DNA from: Octopus sinensis
Taxonomy: Eukaryota
Direction of reading: 5' to 3'
Assembly: GCF_006345805.1 (NCBI RefSeq)
Contig: NW_021835380.1
Coordinates: 1-58,475 of the forward strand
DNA length: 58,475 nt
Position numbers and translations under genes: made by a program. Position 1 is the stretch's first letter, and every line of letters begins with the position of its first letter. Positions 1-12,096 of this stretch are shown piece after piece. A model generated the notes under the pieces. It was not told where the DNA came from. It did not search any database and saw nothing but the letters and a program-made list of their open reading frames with translations.

Positions 1-149
1 TTTGTACATTTACAAACAAAGCATATTATTTAGGGACAAAGGTTTATGCTCACCCTTAAATGGTGAACATCCCACGCATTACATAGCTATCGGGTGCTAC
101 ACACAGATACACCAAAGACGGATATTCGCATGTATACCTTCATTCAGTA

Positions 150-159
150 TATGTGTATA

Positions 160-228
<69 letters not shown>

Positions 229-326
229 GTTTGAGGAGGTGTTTATGTGTAAGTGCATTTAATGGATAAAAGACAGCCAGACAGACAGACGCAGACAGAC
301 AGACAGACAGACAGACAGATAGATAG

Positions 327-385
<59 letters not shown>

Positions 386-495
386 CGCTGATAGATAGGT
401 AGATAGATAGAAAGGTAATATAATATAAATATATGTGTGTATGTGTACGTGTGTGCGTTTGTGCAGGCATGTATGTGTGTATATGTGTATATATG

Positions 496-544
<49 letters not shown>

Positions 545-572
545 CTGTGTGTGTGTATGTGTGTATGTGTGT
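150..572. repeat. Compound microsatellite (TA)n/(GA)n/(GACA)n/(GATA)n/(GT)n
   Basis: Directly visible tandem 2-4 nt repeats; representative of dozens of similar tracts across the window. Confidence 0.95.
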
Positions 573-747
573 AGGCAGGAATAGTATCTGTCCATTGAAA
601 ATCTATTCCAAAGAATTTCGTCTTGATCCATCCAAGCATGGAAATTAGAACGTTCAGAAGTTGGTGATCTTGTCGGTAATATGATGGTTAGGTATTTACT
701 CATATACTGTACATATATAAGTATACATATCTATATAAGCATAATAT

Positions 748-778
<31 letters not shown>

Positions 779-1454
779 ATATATATATATATATATTATT
801 ATATATTATATATATAATATATATATATATATATTATATATATACCATATATATATATATATATATAATGTATTGTATTGTGGTGTGTGTGTGTGTTGTG
901 GCTCACACCCTCGCAGGAAACATCAATCTACCAACTGCTACAAAAGTCAAAGCAAGACGGACGGATGGGACGGACCTGAAATCGAAGATTGTAAATTAAC
1001 GGAGACATCACTTGAAAATCACCTGAGGAAAGACAACTGAATCTCACTATGCAAACAAACAGTTGCATAATCAAATATCTGTATTTTTCGAGAACCATGT
1101 TGGGTGGAAACAAGTGTAGTGTCCAATCGTACTCCTTCTTGTTGACTCCAATTTCTTCAATTTTTTTATATATGTATTTATGTGCGCGTGAGTGTGTGTA
1201 CGAGGATGTTCTCAAACGCAGGATAATGATAATAATATAGCCTGAACAGGATAAGCTACCCCAATTTTGCAGAAAAAAGTGTTGGCGGTCGGCCGGCTAT
1301 ATATATACATACATATGCATTTACATATGCATATACATACGCATATACATATTACATATATATATTATTGTCTATATATATCTAATATAGGATAAAACTT
1401 TTCGAAAGAAATTTTTGTCAATGGCCACCATATTAAAAAATATCTTTAAAACGG

Positions 1455-1523
<69 letters not shown>

Positions 1524-2025
1524 CACTATGAGGATATTTAGACTTCTTATAGGGGATACTTTGTCCAAGATACACTGGTTAATATATTGTATTTTGAAGA
1601 GATATTTCTACAATTAATCTATTATGTAAAATATAATAGATTCATACTATACATATATCTTTAAACTTTCATCTTTAACTTTTTGCAACCATTGGACTCC
1701 GATCCTGCTCAGGCACCGCTTTCGCGCATTTTTTGTTGGACACCAATACTAAAAAGATATTAATTTGGGCTATGTTCTCTCAATAAAAACAAGAGATTTT
1801 TCGAACTCCAGTTAGAAGCAAACATATGCGGTATAGCCCTGCATCTTCATGTCTCACTTAACTTTTGAAAATCAGAAACACCTATCAAACCGGTGAAGCC
1901 TTATCTATCTTTCTCTCTTACTCTCTTATTCTTTGTCTGTCTTATTCTCTCTCTCTTACTCTCTCTCTCTTTTTCTTATACACTGTGTGTGTGTCTCTTC
2001 TCTCTCTCTTTCTCTACTCTCTTTC

Positions 2026-2122
<97 letters not shown>

Positions 2123-2247
2123 TGAGTGTATTTTTACCTTGTTAACAATTAACACGGAATAAATAAATAAATAGTTACCAGAATTTTCGAGACATGTGTC
2201 GAAAGTAAAAATATTTGATTACACCTGCGTTAACTCCATTTTTTATT

Positions 2248-2314
<67 letters not shown>

Positions 2315-2349
2315 GATAGATAGATAGATAGATAGATAGAATTTTAGAT

Positions 2350-3250
2350 TAGATTATTCAGTGAAATGCTCTAACAAAACGTAAGCTAAAAGCATTTCGT
2401 AACATGAAAACATTACGTAACGCGCCATGGAGCATACATCTGAACTAATTCGTTTGTTCTACATAAGAATGTTATATTTAGTCTTGTTTTGAAGTAATTT
2501 TGGGCGTTATAACCAAACGTTGGTTTCTTGCCAAAACAACACCATCGAATGGTTTTATCTGGAATTTAGCTAATGTAAAGTATAAACACTTTAACTGGGA
2601 GAATACGTGTGGTTCTGACAAAACTGGAGTTGATTGTATCGCATCTCGATCGAAATCGGGATTGTTCCGTGGTTGGATTCGTGTGATATCTCACATGGGT
2701 TTTTATCACATATGTATTTTCGAGTAGACTAAAAATACAGCTCTTTTTTAGAAATACCTTCATAAGCTGTGTGGGAATAACTATTCGTAATTCAATTCGT
2801 AGATTAATACTGGTGTTCGTCTATACTGGATATCGACTGGCAGTGAGAACCCCTTCTAGGGAGAGTTGAACAGAAGAAAATCTTCAGAGAAGCCCCCTGC
2901 CTCAAGTAAACATTTCAGCTCCTAAATCCTTAAAATCCGAGGGACCAGGTCGGGGCGGGCTATACCGGGCCGCATCCAACCCATGGCCCCTAGATGCACT
3001 TCTGATTTTCCATTCTGTACTGCTATGTGCATTGCATCTGAACATTCCTGAGTGGTCAAGGTATCTCAGAATTAAGGTACCTTGGATGTTGTGAACAGTT
3101 TGCTTTGAGATACCAGTCGAATGTAGTATACATTATGCGTTCTGACTGATATATAACCTGAAAAATCGTCCACAATTTCCGTATATAAGAAAAATCTAAA
3201 CTATGGTTCTTGGGTCTGTATATTTTCGCAACGAACTGTCGTCTTCAGAA
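2350..3250 (-). mobile_element. Highly decayed Penelope-like element RT remnant
   Basis: Minus-strand translation across stops and frameshifts gives ordered PLE-like fragments: LRKYTDPRTIV, GAMG..APT..LGF, YPTQLM, PRNNPDF..IQSTPVL, TLAKF. Similarity is weak and judged by eye. Confidence 0.4.
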
Positions 3251-3344
3251 GCTTTTAGAAGAGAAATACATACATGCAGGCATACATACGCACACACACA
3301 CACACACACATACACGCACACACACAAACACACAAATATATATG

Positions 3345-3647
3345 AAATTAATAGAGGTCACAAAGCGACAGAGGGTAGTGACTAGCACCAATTTTGCTAA
3401 GGATAAGAATTAAACTCAAAGCCACAAACGCACTGATTTAAGTGACTGACAAAGGGAGGCGTTAAGAGCCGCTGATGGTCTACATCGCAATCCGAAACCG
3501 CGATCCGGTTATGTACGCTGGGGACTTACCTCCCTTTGTCAATCACTTAATAGAGTGCACATGTGGCTTTGAGTTAGTTTAACTCTTGTCTTTAGCAAAA
3601 GCGGTGCTAGTAAGTACCCTTTGTCACTTTTGGTCTCTATTAATTTT
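3345..3647. repeat. Fold-back element: ~115 bp inverted arms (3345-3459 / 3529-3647) with a degenerate hammerhead-like spacer
   Basis: AAATTAATAGAG...GACAAAGGGAGG pairs with CCTCCCTTTGTC...CTCTATTAATTT; spacer has CTGATGG...GAAACCG..CGGT; flanked by CA/TA microsatellites. Confidence 0.85.
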
Positions 3648-3712
3648 GTTTTTACGTTCTAATTGCTAATTTTTAATTTGTGGCATATATATGTGTATGT
3701 ATATATATATAT

Positions 3713-3900
3713 ATCCTTTCTACTATAGGCACAAGGTCTGGATTTTGGAGGGAGGATAAGTCGATTACATTGACCCCAGTACTCAACTGGTATTTATTTT
3801 ATCAACCCCGAAAGGATGAAAGGCAAAGTCGACCTCGGTGACATTTGAACTCAGAACGTGAAGACTGCCGAAACTCCGCTAAGCCTTTCACCCGACGTGC
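3713..3900 (-). mobile_element. SINE family A (tail variant 2), 5'-truncated
   Basis: Shared core GTTCAAAT..GAGGTCGACTTTGCCTTTCATCCTTTCGGGG on the minus strand; tail CCTTGTGCCTATAGTAGAAAGG. Confidence 0.85.
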
Positions 3901-4077
3901 GTACTACGATTATATATATATATAATATATATAATATATATATATATATAAATATAGAAATATTAATTAGTGTATATAACCATGTTTATTAGCTATATAA
4001 CCAAGTTTTACATTAGATGATATCCTCGATGTAAATATTAGTAAGCCCTTCTTGTTTTATATATATATATATCGATT

Positions 4078-4149
<72 letters not shown>

Positions 4150-4152
<3 letters not shown>

Positions 4153-5040
4153 ATTATAAAAACGCAAACACATCCATTCAATGTTTTCAAGGAGCGGAAA
4201 AATTGGATTAGACTCCAGACAGATCGTTTGACAGGTTGTTGACCACTCCACGTAGAAGACGTACACCATTTCCTGCTCCAATGAGCAGTATAAAGCAGTC
4301 TGTAATTAACTCATTATTGTAATTTGGTCCTCTCACTTAGAAATTCGTGCTTTGCATGGCTAATTAAGCAATGTGTATTTTTATGCACAACACAACGTGA
4401 ATTGGTAGGACAGAATTAAAGCCGTTATCGTGATAAAAATGCGTAAAAAAAAGTGAACATATCGCTTCGATGATTTCAGTATGTTGCAAAAGAAGAACTC
4501 CTAGCAGCCTCTTTTGCAGTTTATCAACAAATCATTACCATTCTAACACTTTTTTGATTGTAAGATGTCGGTTTTTCGATGTTTGGTTCTTAACAACTTA
4601 GGCGACGTGCTTTTGTTCATTTTTGTGCAGCTAGAGCTAAACTTAGTTTTGTTCCTTTTTAATAGGTTATTTTATTTACAGTTGCCGAAAAGCATTTGGT
4701 GATTAATGTTAGAAAGCATTTTTTTGTCATTTCCTCTGGCGGTTGCAGAGTGGGTTAAACCAGGTGATGTTTCCTTATTAGCTTTTACTTATGTACCTTT
4801 GGTACGTATTCAAATTTTCTTTTCTTTTACACCACTTGATTTTTAAGACCAAAATAGAAGAACTTAAATTGTTTTCTAGAATATTTACGGAAACTTTTCG
4901 GATCATGTTACAGATTTGTTTGTTAGTTTTTGAAGGAGTGTGATCGAAATGCTTGCTTTCAGTGGTTATATTTAGCAGAATGTCGAGGAAATTATATTTT
5001 GTATAAGTTGCTGTAAAGTTGAATACGTTGAATATCAATA
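4150..5040 (-). mobile_element. Penelope-like (Neptune-type) element remnant: RT thumb/linker plus probable 3' pseudo-LTR
   Basis: Minus-strand peptides NFLDILLNITT..HTPS..KQICNMI and NITWFNP...CFLTLITKCF...RNKTKFSSSC match the PLE pattern RNIIWFNPP..FL.LI.KHF..NRNT.K.SYSC; ends in a (TA)n tract. Confidence 0.7.
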
Positions 5041-5100
5041 TTACATTACATATTTACATTATTTACATTCGACGGATATTTGTCATCTTGTTTGTTATTA

Positions 5101-5144
5101 ACACAACGTTTCGGTTGATATACCTTCTAGCCTTCTTCAGGTGT
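5101..5144 (-). ncRNA. Minimal type I hammerhead ribozyme motif
   Basis: Minus strand reads ACAC-CTGAAGA-(AGGCT..AACC)-GAAA-CG-TT-GTGT; stem I ACAC/GTGT; palindromic ACGT stem III. Confidence 0.65.
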
Positions 5145-5162
5145 CTTGGGGAAATTTCCCAC

Positions 5163-5277
5163 GGGCATATGGTGTAGTGGTTAAGAGCGCGGGCTACTAA
5201 CCCCAAGATTCCGAGTTCGATTCCAAGCAGTGACTTGAACAACAACAACAACATCAACAATAATAATAATAATAATA
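5163..5277 (+). mobile_element. Short tRNA-derived SINE/retropseudogene with (AAC)/(AAT)n tail
   Basis: A box TGGTGTAGTGG, B box GAGTTCGATTCC, simple-repeat tail, no intact acceptor stem. Confidence 0.75.
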
Positions 5278-5739
5278 GCTTATAAAACTTTAAAACTTTA
5301 TGGTTGAAGCCTGCGAATTCTTTCGATATTCTTTCGGAATTATTGAGATTTTCTGAATTGTTTTAGAAAAATTTTCTTCGAAGGGTTTTTGAAATTTGTG
5401 AAATTCACTAAACGCTAAAAATGTTTACATTAAGCAATTTTTCTTTTTCCTTTAAGCAATTGTTTCTTTATCCCATTGCTTGCCATGAGCCCTATTCGGT
5501 GATCTGCTAAAAACAGACTCTCTGCCGGTTGTTCATTATATTTTAAATGAATTGCTTATGTACAGTGCATTTGCAGAGGTGCATTTGCAGAGGTGCATTT
5601 AACAATATTTAGTAGTTAAAATTGTCATTATTAGCTCTGGATAATTCTAGAGAACATTCTAAGTCATAAATCGCAATTTTTGAACTACAAAAATATTGAC
5701 TGTTTTGAAGACTTTTTTATTTCATTCCCCATCTATATC

Positions 5740-5964
5740 TTATTTCTTTATTGCCCACAAGGGGTTAAACATAGAGGGGACAAACAAGGACAGCCAAAAG
5801 GATTAAGTCGATTACATTGACCCCAGTGCGTTACTGGTACAAAATTTATCGACCGTGAAAAGTAAAGTCGCCCTGGCGGAATTTGAACTCAGAACATGAA
5901 GACAGATGAAAAACTGCTAAGTATTTCGTCCGGTGTGCTAACGTTTCTGCCAGCTCACCACCTT
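5740..5964 (-). mobile_element. SINE family A, full length, with TSD
   Basis: Family-A head and core; flanked by ATTCCCCATC(T/C)ATATC direct repeats. Confidence 0.9.
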
Positions 5965-6484
5965 ATTCCCCCATCCATATCATTCACTGATATTTCATAC
6001 ACATTTGCATTTGATACTATAGTTTCAAAAAAAGCTAAGATGTTTTTTTTATTGTAATTGAATAGAAAAGGATACATATACTTCTGTTTTTTCAGCGATC
6101 CCCATTTGGGACTTCTCGAAAAAATTCATCATAATTTCCAAAATAATTCACATATGAAGAAAATTTAAATACTATATATTATTTTAACTCGTAAGACACG
6201 TGGCAAAGCCAAAAAACATGAATAAAATAAATTTGGCTGCTAATGTATTAAGCAGTTCTTTTTATTTTGTTTTTTTTTTTGTTCTTTTGTGAGATTTCTT
6301 TAAAAACAAAATTTTCATTAAAAATATTATTCACCTTTTCTTGTCTTGTTCTTAATTGCTTTTAACTTCTTTTGAACTGCGAGCAGAAAGAGTAAAAATA
6401 CCGCAAGGTCATTTCTCCGACAGGCCTAAAATTTGACCAGTTGAATGCTTTATGCATATCTGCAAAGAATATACATACACAACA

Positions 6485-6819
6485 CACTGCATAGTGCCGA
6501 AGATCCCAACAACGCCATCACGCTTCAGGACCAGTTACTGCAACAGCCTGGGTTTCAAGGGCTCACAGCTTTTTTTAATATTCTTTCAAAGAGCCTGAGG
6601 AACCTGCACAAAGTAGATGTAGGCGTTTTTAAATCAAAGCTGGACCTCTTCCTGTCAAGAGTCCCAGATGAACCTACATCACGGCAAGAGGGGCAAATGA
6701 GGGTAGCTATATCAAACTCCATTCTTCACCAAGTGCCAAGGCTCTTAGTAATAACAGTGTAGCAAAACGGCGGTGCATCAGCATGGCCGCAGCTCTGAGC
6801 TGAAACTACAGAAAAAAAA
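6485..6819 (+). mobile_element. CR1/L2-like LINE 3' fragment (ORF2 C-terminus plus 3' UTR)
   Basis: HCIVPKIP..SRFRTSYCNSLGFKGSQLF/NILSKSLRNLH..FKSKLDLFLSRVPDEP..SNSILHQ with one frameshift, then a 3' stem-loop and A-rich tail. Confidence 0.8.
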
Positions 6820-6867
6820 TTCATACAGTCATATGTACGTGTCTATATATATGTGTGTGTATGTATA

Positions 6868-6926
<59 letters not shown>

Positions 6927-7653
6927 TAAGAACAAACTTACTTAGAAATGGATGCGTGCGTTCTGTCGTGTAATAACAAATTAATAAATAAAACATATGC
7001 ATATATACATACATAAATGTACATACATATAATTATATATATATCCAGATTTACATATGCACATATGTATATATGCGTACTCACGCAAACTCGTACACAT
7101 ATATAAATATAAATATATATACACTTTATTTGTGAGTTAACAAGGCTGCCAGGGGTATCTCTTGACAATTTTCAAACCTGCTACACGGGAACTTTGGTAC
7201 CCGATATCACCGTATACATGTATGTGTGTGTGTATGTATGTGTGTCTGTGTGTGCATGTGCACAAACATATATTCATACACACACACACACACACATACA
7301 CACACATATATATACATATATTTATATGGGGTTAGCAATAAACACATACATTCATCCATCCCTACTTGTTTACACATACATGGATGTATACATATATATA
7401 TATAATAATAACAAACACACATATACACATATAAATTGACAATAGTAACTATCTGGAAGGAATTGGTTTAAGTAAGTCTGTGCATGCGTGTGCGCTTGTA
7501 TTGTTAAATGGCTATATAACACCTATATCCCGTCAGGTATAAAACTATGTTGATGTAAGTATAACATCGCGCTAAGGTAAACATTTAAACAATGTATTCG
7601 GTTATTTAGTAACTTAACACCCACTGTTATACTTGTATATCTAATCCTCTGTA

Positions 7654-7720
<67 letters not shown>

Positions 7721-7777
7721 AGTAGTACAAACAGAACAGATAGAACTCAAAACATGATTATATATACACGCACATAA

Positions 7778-8008
7778 GGCGGCGAGCTGGCAGAAACGTT
7801 AGCACACCGGGCGAAAAGCGTAGCCGTATTTCGTCTGCCATTACGTTCTGAGTTCAAATTCCACCGAGGTCGACTTTGCCTTTCATCCTTTCGGGGTCGA
7901 TAAATTAAGTACCAGTTACGCACTGGGGTCGATGTAATCGACTTAATCCGTTTGTCTGTCCTTGTTCGTCCCCTCTGTCTTTAGCCCCTTGTGGGTAGTA
8001 AAGAAATA
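7778..8008 (+). mobile_element. SINE family A, full length
   Basis: GGCGGCGAGCTGGCAGAAACGTTAGC head, B box GAGTTCAAATTCC, tail GTGGGTAGTAAAGAAATA. Confidence 0.92.
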
Positions 8009-8014
8009 TATATA

Positions 8015-8056
<42 letters not shown>

Positions 8057-9155
8057 CGTACACGCACACACGCACGCACACAAACCCACCTACGCACAAA
8101 CCCACGCACGCATTGGCATAAGCCGCAACCTGACTTAAGAGTCGAGAGTTTTGTGCATGTCACACACACACATATGCACAATGTAGATATTTGCACGTGA
8201 GAGCATGTTCATGGGAGTGTGTATGCGCGTGCGTATTTATGTGCCTATGTGTATGAAGATGTATATACATATATTGAAGGTGAACAAAAGCCCTGTAATT
8301 AATACTCACTAGCAAACAAATGAGGTCATTTAAGGTCAGTTGAAGACAGTTGAGCTTCTTATTGTACATCATGTGGTATTCCCTCTTTACTCCGGCTGCT
8401 CACCCCTTCATTTCTCACCACAGCGCCCACCCGCCTCTTCTATTCATTTCTGACCACACAACTTTGTATCGCCGTTGATTGCCACGGCTCAAGAATTCCA
8501 GTAAAGATTGTCTACTGCTTGCAGTTCATACAACCACAGAATCCTGAAAAATTCGTTTTACCCGGAGTGGTGATGGTGGGGGGGGGGGGTTAAACTCCAG
8601 GAAAGAAGTGTCTAGTCAATGCCCGCATCAGAGGCGTTTCCTGTTAAAAACTTGGAATTTTCCATTTGCCGAATTGGAGCACGCCTCCAGCTTCGTGAAA
8701 CGTCATGGCTGGGACCAATGTAAGGGAGGATAACCCCGTTCCGCTTGAAACCCTACATGCAAGTTTCGTTCCGGACATATTTTTTTTATTACAAAAGTAA
8801 CTGACCATGACGTCTTCCTCTCTCCAATCATCGAGAGGTTATGTGTTTCCAGCCATTTGAGTCTCACGAGTCGCCTATACAGTTAAACGCTTTATAGGCG
8901 CGAAGCCAATGGTCACTCTCTGAACGCCCATATGGAAATGCTGCAAAGTCAACCATGTCATTCATTTAGTATTGATGGTTAAAGTTTCTTGGATTTATAG
9001 ACAGTGATCTTTCATTGCAGTGGTTGGAGTATCACACACATTATCCACCCCAAGATATTTTGATACACCCGGGTCCCCTCGGGGTGCACGCTTGTCTGTA
9101 AACTAATGAATGAAATGTCGTAGCTTCTGTTGTTTCGTCATTCAGTCATATGTGC

Positions 9156-9390
9156 GTAGCAGGCATCTGTCGGTCGTGAGAGGCCATGGATCTACGCCCA
9201 AAGAAATCATGTCAACTGCTGATGGTGGTGCAGCGTCTGTTGTGGCTGCACAGGCCACACAGGAGTGGCAGTCACGCAAACAGCGACTGCATTTGAAGGA
9301 GTTCTGCCGGTACTGATGATTTTTCCTTCCGTCGAGGGCGCTTTTCTTTGATGGCGAGTACCTGTTTGTCTTCCGCTCTCTTCTTTCTCA
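9156..9390 (-). mobile_element. RTE-clade LINE 3' fragment
   Basis: Minus strand encodes KEKRPRRKE..FKCSRCLRDCHSCV/GLCSHNRRC (RTE C-terminal zinc finger, one frameshift), followed by the short 3' UTR TCCATGGCCTCTCACGACCGACAGATGCC. Confidence 0.8.
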
Positions 9391-9779
9391 CCTAGATTGT
9401 TCGTTTCTAACATAGATATCTATTACTACATGCATAAACGACAAAAGCTAGTCTCTGCTAGCTTGGCGTGATTTTCTTTTGAAGAAATCGTGCTGTTTCC
9501 TCTTCTTTTCTCTTACTATCTAGATACCTATAACTTCCAACTTGCTTCCGTTAGAAGTCATATCCGCCTCTCAAATGTGTGCCTGTACATGCAAGTTAAT
9601 ATGTATGCATGTGTGTGTGTGTGTGTATGTGTGTGTATGCGTGTGTGTTGTGTGTGTGCATCATTCAATATCTAAAACAATAGGAAGTGCGTTGTGACTA
9701 GCGATGTATAACAACATCTAATAGCCTGATACCATGATACCTGTCTAACTATCTGTGTGTCTGTATGCATATATGCATG

Positions 9780-9846
<67 letters not shown>

Positions 9847-9888
9847 GTATGTTATGTGTGTATGCAAGTATGTGTGTATATATATATA

Positions 9889-9937
<49 letters not shown>

Positions 9938-9961
9938 ATTTGTGTATGTATATGAATGTAC

Positions 9962-10150
9962 GTAGGACGAGATTCCGCACAGTTTCCGTCTACCAGATTC
10001 CCCTCACAAGGCATTGGCCAGCCTGTCAGGAGGCGGTGGCAATGGGGGAGGACTAAAGTAGAGGACATTTGGCCAAAGTGTCATGCAGCTGGACTGAACC
10101 CGAAACCACGTGTTTACAACGTGAGCATCTTAAACCACACGACTACACTT
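9962..10150 (-). mobile_element. SINE family B, diverged 5' half
   Basis: Similar to family-B head GGGTTCAGTCC...CTTTGGCCAAATGTCCTCTAC...TGGTAGACGGAAACTG. Confidence 0.7.
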
Positions 10151-10486
10151 ATTAATTACAAAATAAACAAAAAATTAATTAAAATTAAAATAATATATAT
10201 TTATCAATTTGCAAAACAAATGATTTTTCTCAGGGCAGATGCACCCACCACAGGCAGGTGCTTATGTACTTGCATCCACCCTAAACCCCCATCATTCCCG
10301 GCCCCTTATATTGCAGAAAAGCGGTTTCCCACCCACGCTTCCGTGAGGATGTATATTGTATTTCAGAGATGTCTCTCCAAACATATGTACAAACGCGAAT
10401 ATATACTGTTTCGCTTATTATGTAATGATATATCACATTGTTGTAGCTTTTTTACAACAACGCTATGTAAAAACGATGTTCGTGCT

Positions 10487-10529
10487 GCTGTTGTTGTTGT
10501 TGCTGTTGTAGTTGGTGGTGGTGGTGGTG

Positions 10530-10579
<50 letters not shown>

Positions 10580-10658
10580 GGTGGTGGTGGTGGTGGTGGG
10601 GTTGTGGTGGTGTTTGGGGTGTGGTGATTAGTAGTGTAGTAGTAGTGTGGTGGTGGTG

Positions 10659-10705
<47 letters not shown>

Positions 10706-10915
10706 GGTGGTGGTGGTGGTGGGGTTGTGGTGGTGTTTGTGGTGGTGGTGGTGGTGGTGATGATAGTAGTAGTAGTAGTAGTGGTGGTGGTGGTGGTGGT
10801 AGTAGTAGTAGTAGTAGTGGTGGGGGGGTACTGGTGGCGGCGGCAGTGGTGGTGGTGGTGGTGGTGTTGGTGGTGGTAGTGGTGGTAGTGGTGATGCTGC
10901 TGGTGCTGCTGGTGG
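10487..10915. repeat. (GGT)n/(AGT)n compound trinucleotide tract with an internal block duplication
   Basis: Visible; the block (GGT)n(AGT)n(GGT)nGGGGTTGTGGTGGTGTTTG occurs twice. Confidence 0.9.
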
Positions 10916-11037
10916 TATTCGGTTGACGATCGCAAGGTCATAAGTTTGATTCCTGACGGTGCATCGTGTCCTTCAGCGAGACACTCCATTTCCTTTTGCT
11001 CTAGTCCATTCAGCTGGCAAAAATGGAATTGTACTCG
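10915..11037 (+). mobile_element. SINE family C fragment, diverged
   Basis: GTTTGATTCC B box, then GTGTCCTTCAGCGAGACACT..GCTCTAGTCCATTCAGCTGGCAAAAATG, matching the monomer at 48705-48957. Confidence 0.65.
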
Positions 11038-11344
11038 GTGGTGACGGTGGTGGTGGTGAAGTTCTATCCCTTATCAACTGGATCACAAACGCTTCAGCCA
11101 TGACTAGCTCCTATTTCTCGCGGGTTGTCACTTATCTAACACTACATTATCCAATTCATTTTTCTTCTTTTTTTTGCGAAACAATAAGAAGTGATTTCAT
11201 TATTGCTTAGCTCTACTCGGGGGCTGTTCTACTTTCATTTCTATATATGTTTGGTTTTAAAAATTACATAATTTTATAAATTATGTAAAAAAAAATTACA
11301 TAATTTTATATGCTTTTAACATTTTATTGTTAGTTTCTAGATAA

Positions 11345-11517
11345 ATGTGTTCCGGTTCTTTAGGTTCTGAGTTCAAATGCAGCCAAGGTCGACTTTACCT
11401 TTCACCCTTTCCAGGTCGAATAACTAAGCACCTGAGAAGGACAGTTTTCCATGCAATCAAGAAGCCTTCTCCCCACAAATTTCAGGCCTTATGCAAATAT
11501 AGTAGAAAGAATTATTA
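11345..11517 (+). mobile_element. SINE family A (tail variant 2), diverged
   Basis: GTTCTGAGTTCAAAT..GGTCGACTTTACCTTTCACC core; AAATTTCAGGCCTT..GTAGAAAGAATTATTA tail. Confidence 0.75.
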
Positions 11518-12096
11518 ATTTCCTGAGAAAATAAATGCTATTTTTGCCATCGACATATAAAACTACTTCAGTGTAGACAATTTGTAAAACTTCAAATAGA
11601 TGGAAAGTTTGAAATGATCCCCCAGTGTATCTGGGATTATATTCTGCAAAGTTCCTTTCGTTTTTTAAGACATGCATGTGAGTTAAGAGGGATATAGCTG
11701 TTATTTCAAGCAGGTCAAGCGAACGTGTTGAGCCTTCCCCTTTGACATGTGGGTATGTTCTGTTATGTAGTATAGTTATGTAATATAATATAGTTATATA
11801 ACATAATATTTATATAATATAGTTGTATAACATAATATTTATGTAATATAGTTATACAATATTATAGTTATATAATATAATAGTTATATAGTATAATACA
11901 ATATATGTGATATTTTGTGCTGCATACAGTACAGTATAATTATGTACAGAAATTTTTATGCAGTGTTTTATGTACAGACATTGTATTTAGATCCATTTCA
12001 TCATATTACACACACACACACACACAGAGGGAGAGAGACAGAGAGAGACGGAGAGAGACACCACTCCATTAGTTGGAATTTACAAAAAAAAAGACA

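Noticed and set aside
5163-5240. Possible functional tRNA gene
   Set aside because: A and B boxes are present but the acceptor stem does not pair and a simple-repeat tail follows; treated as a SINE/retropseudogene. The same applies to the tRNA-like SINE heads.
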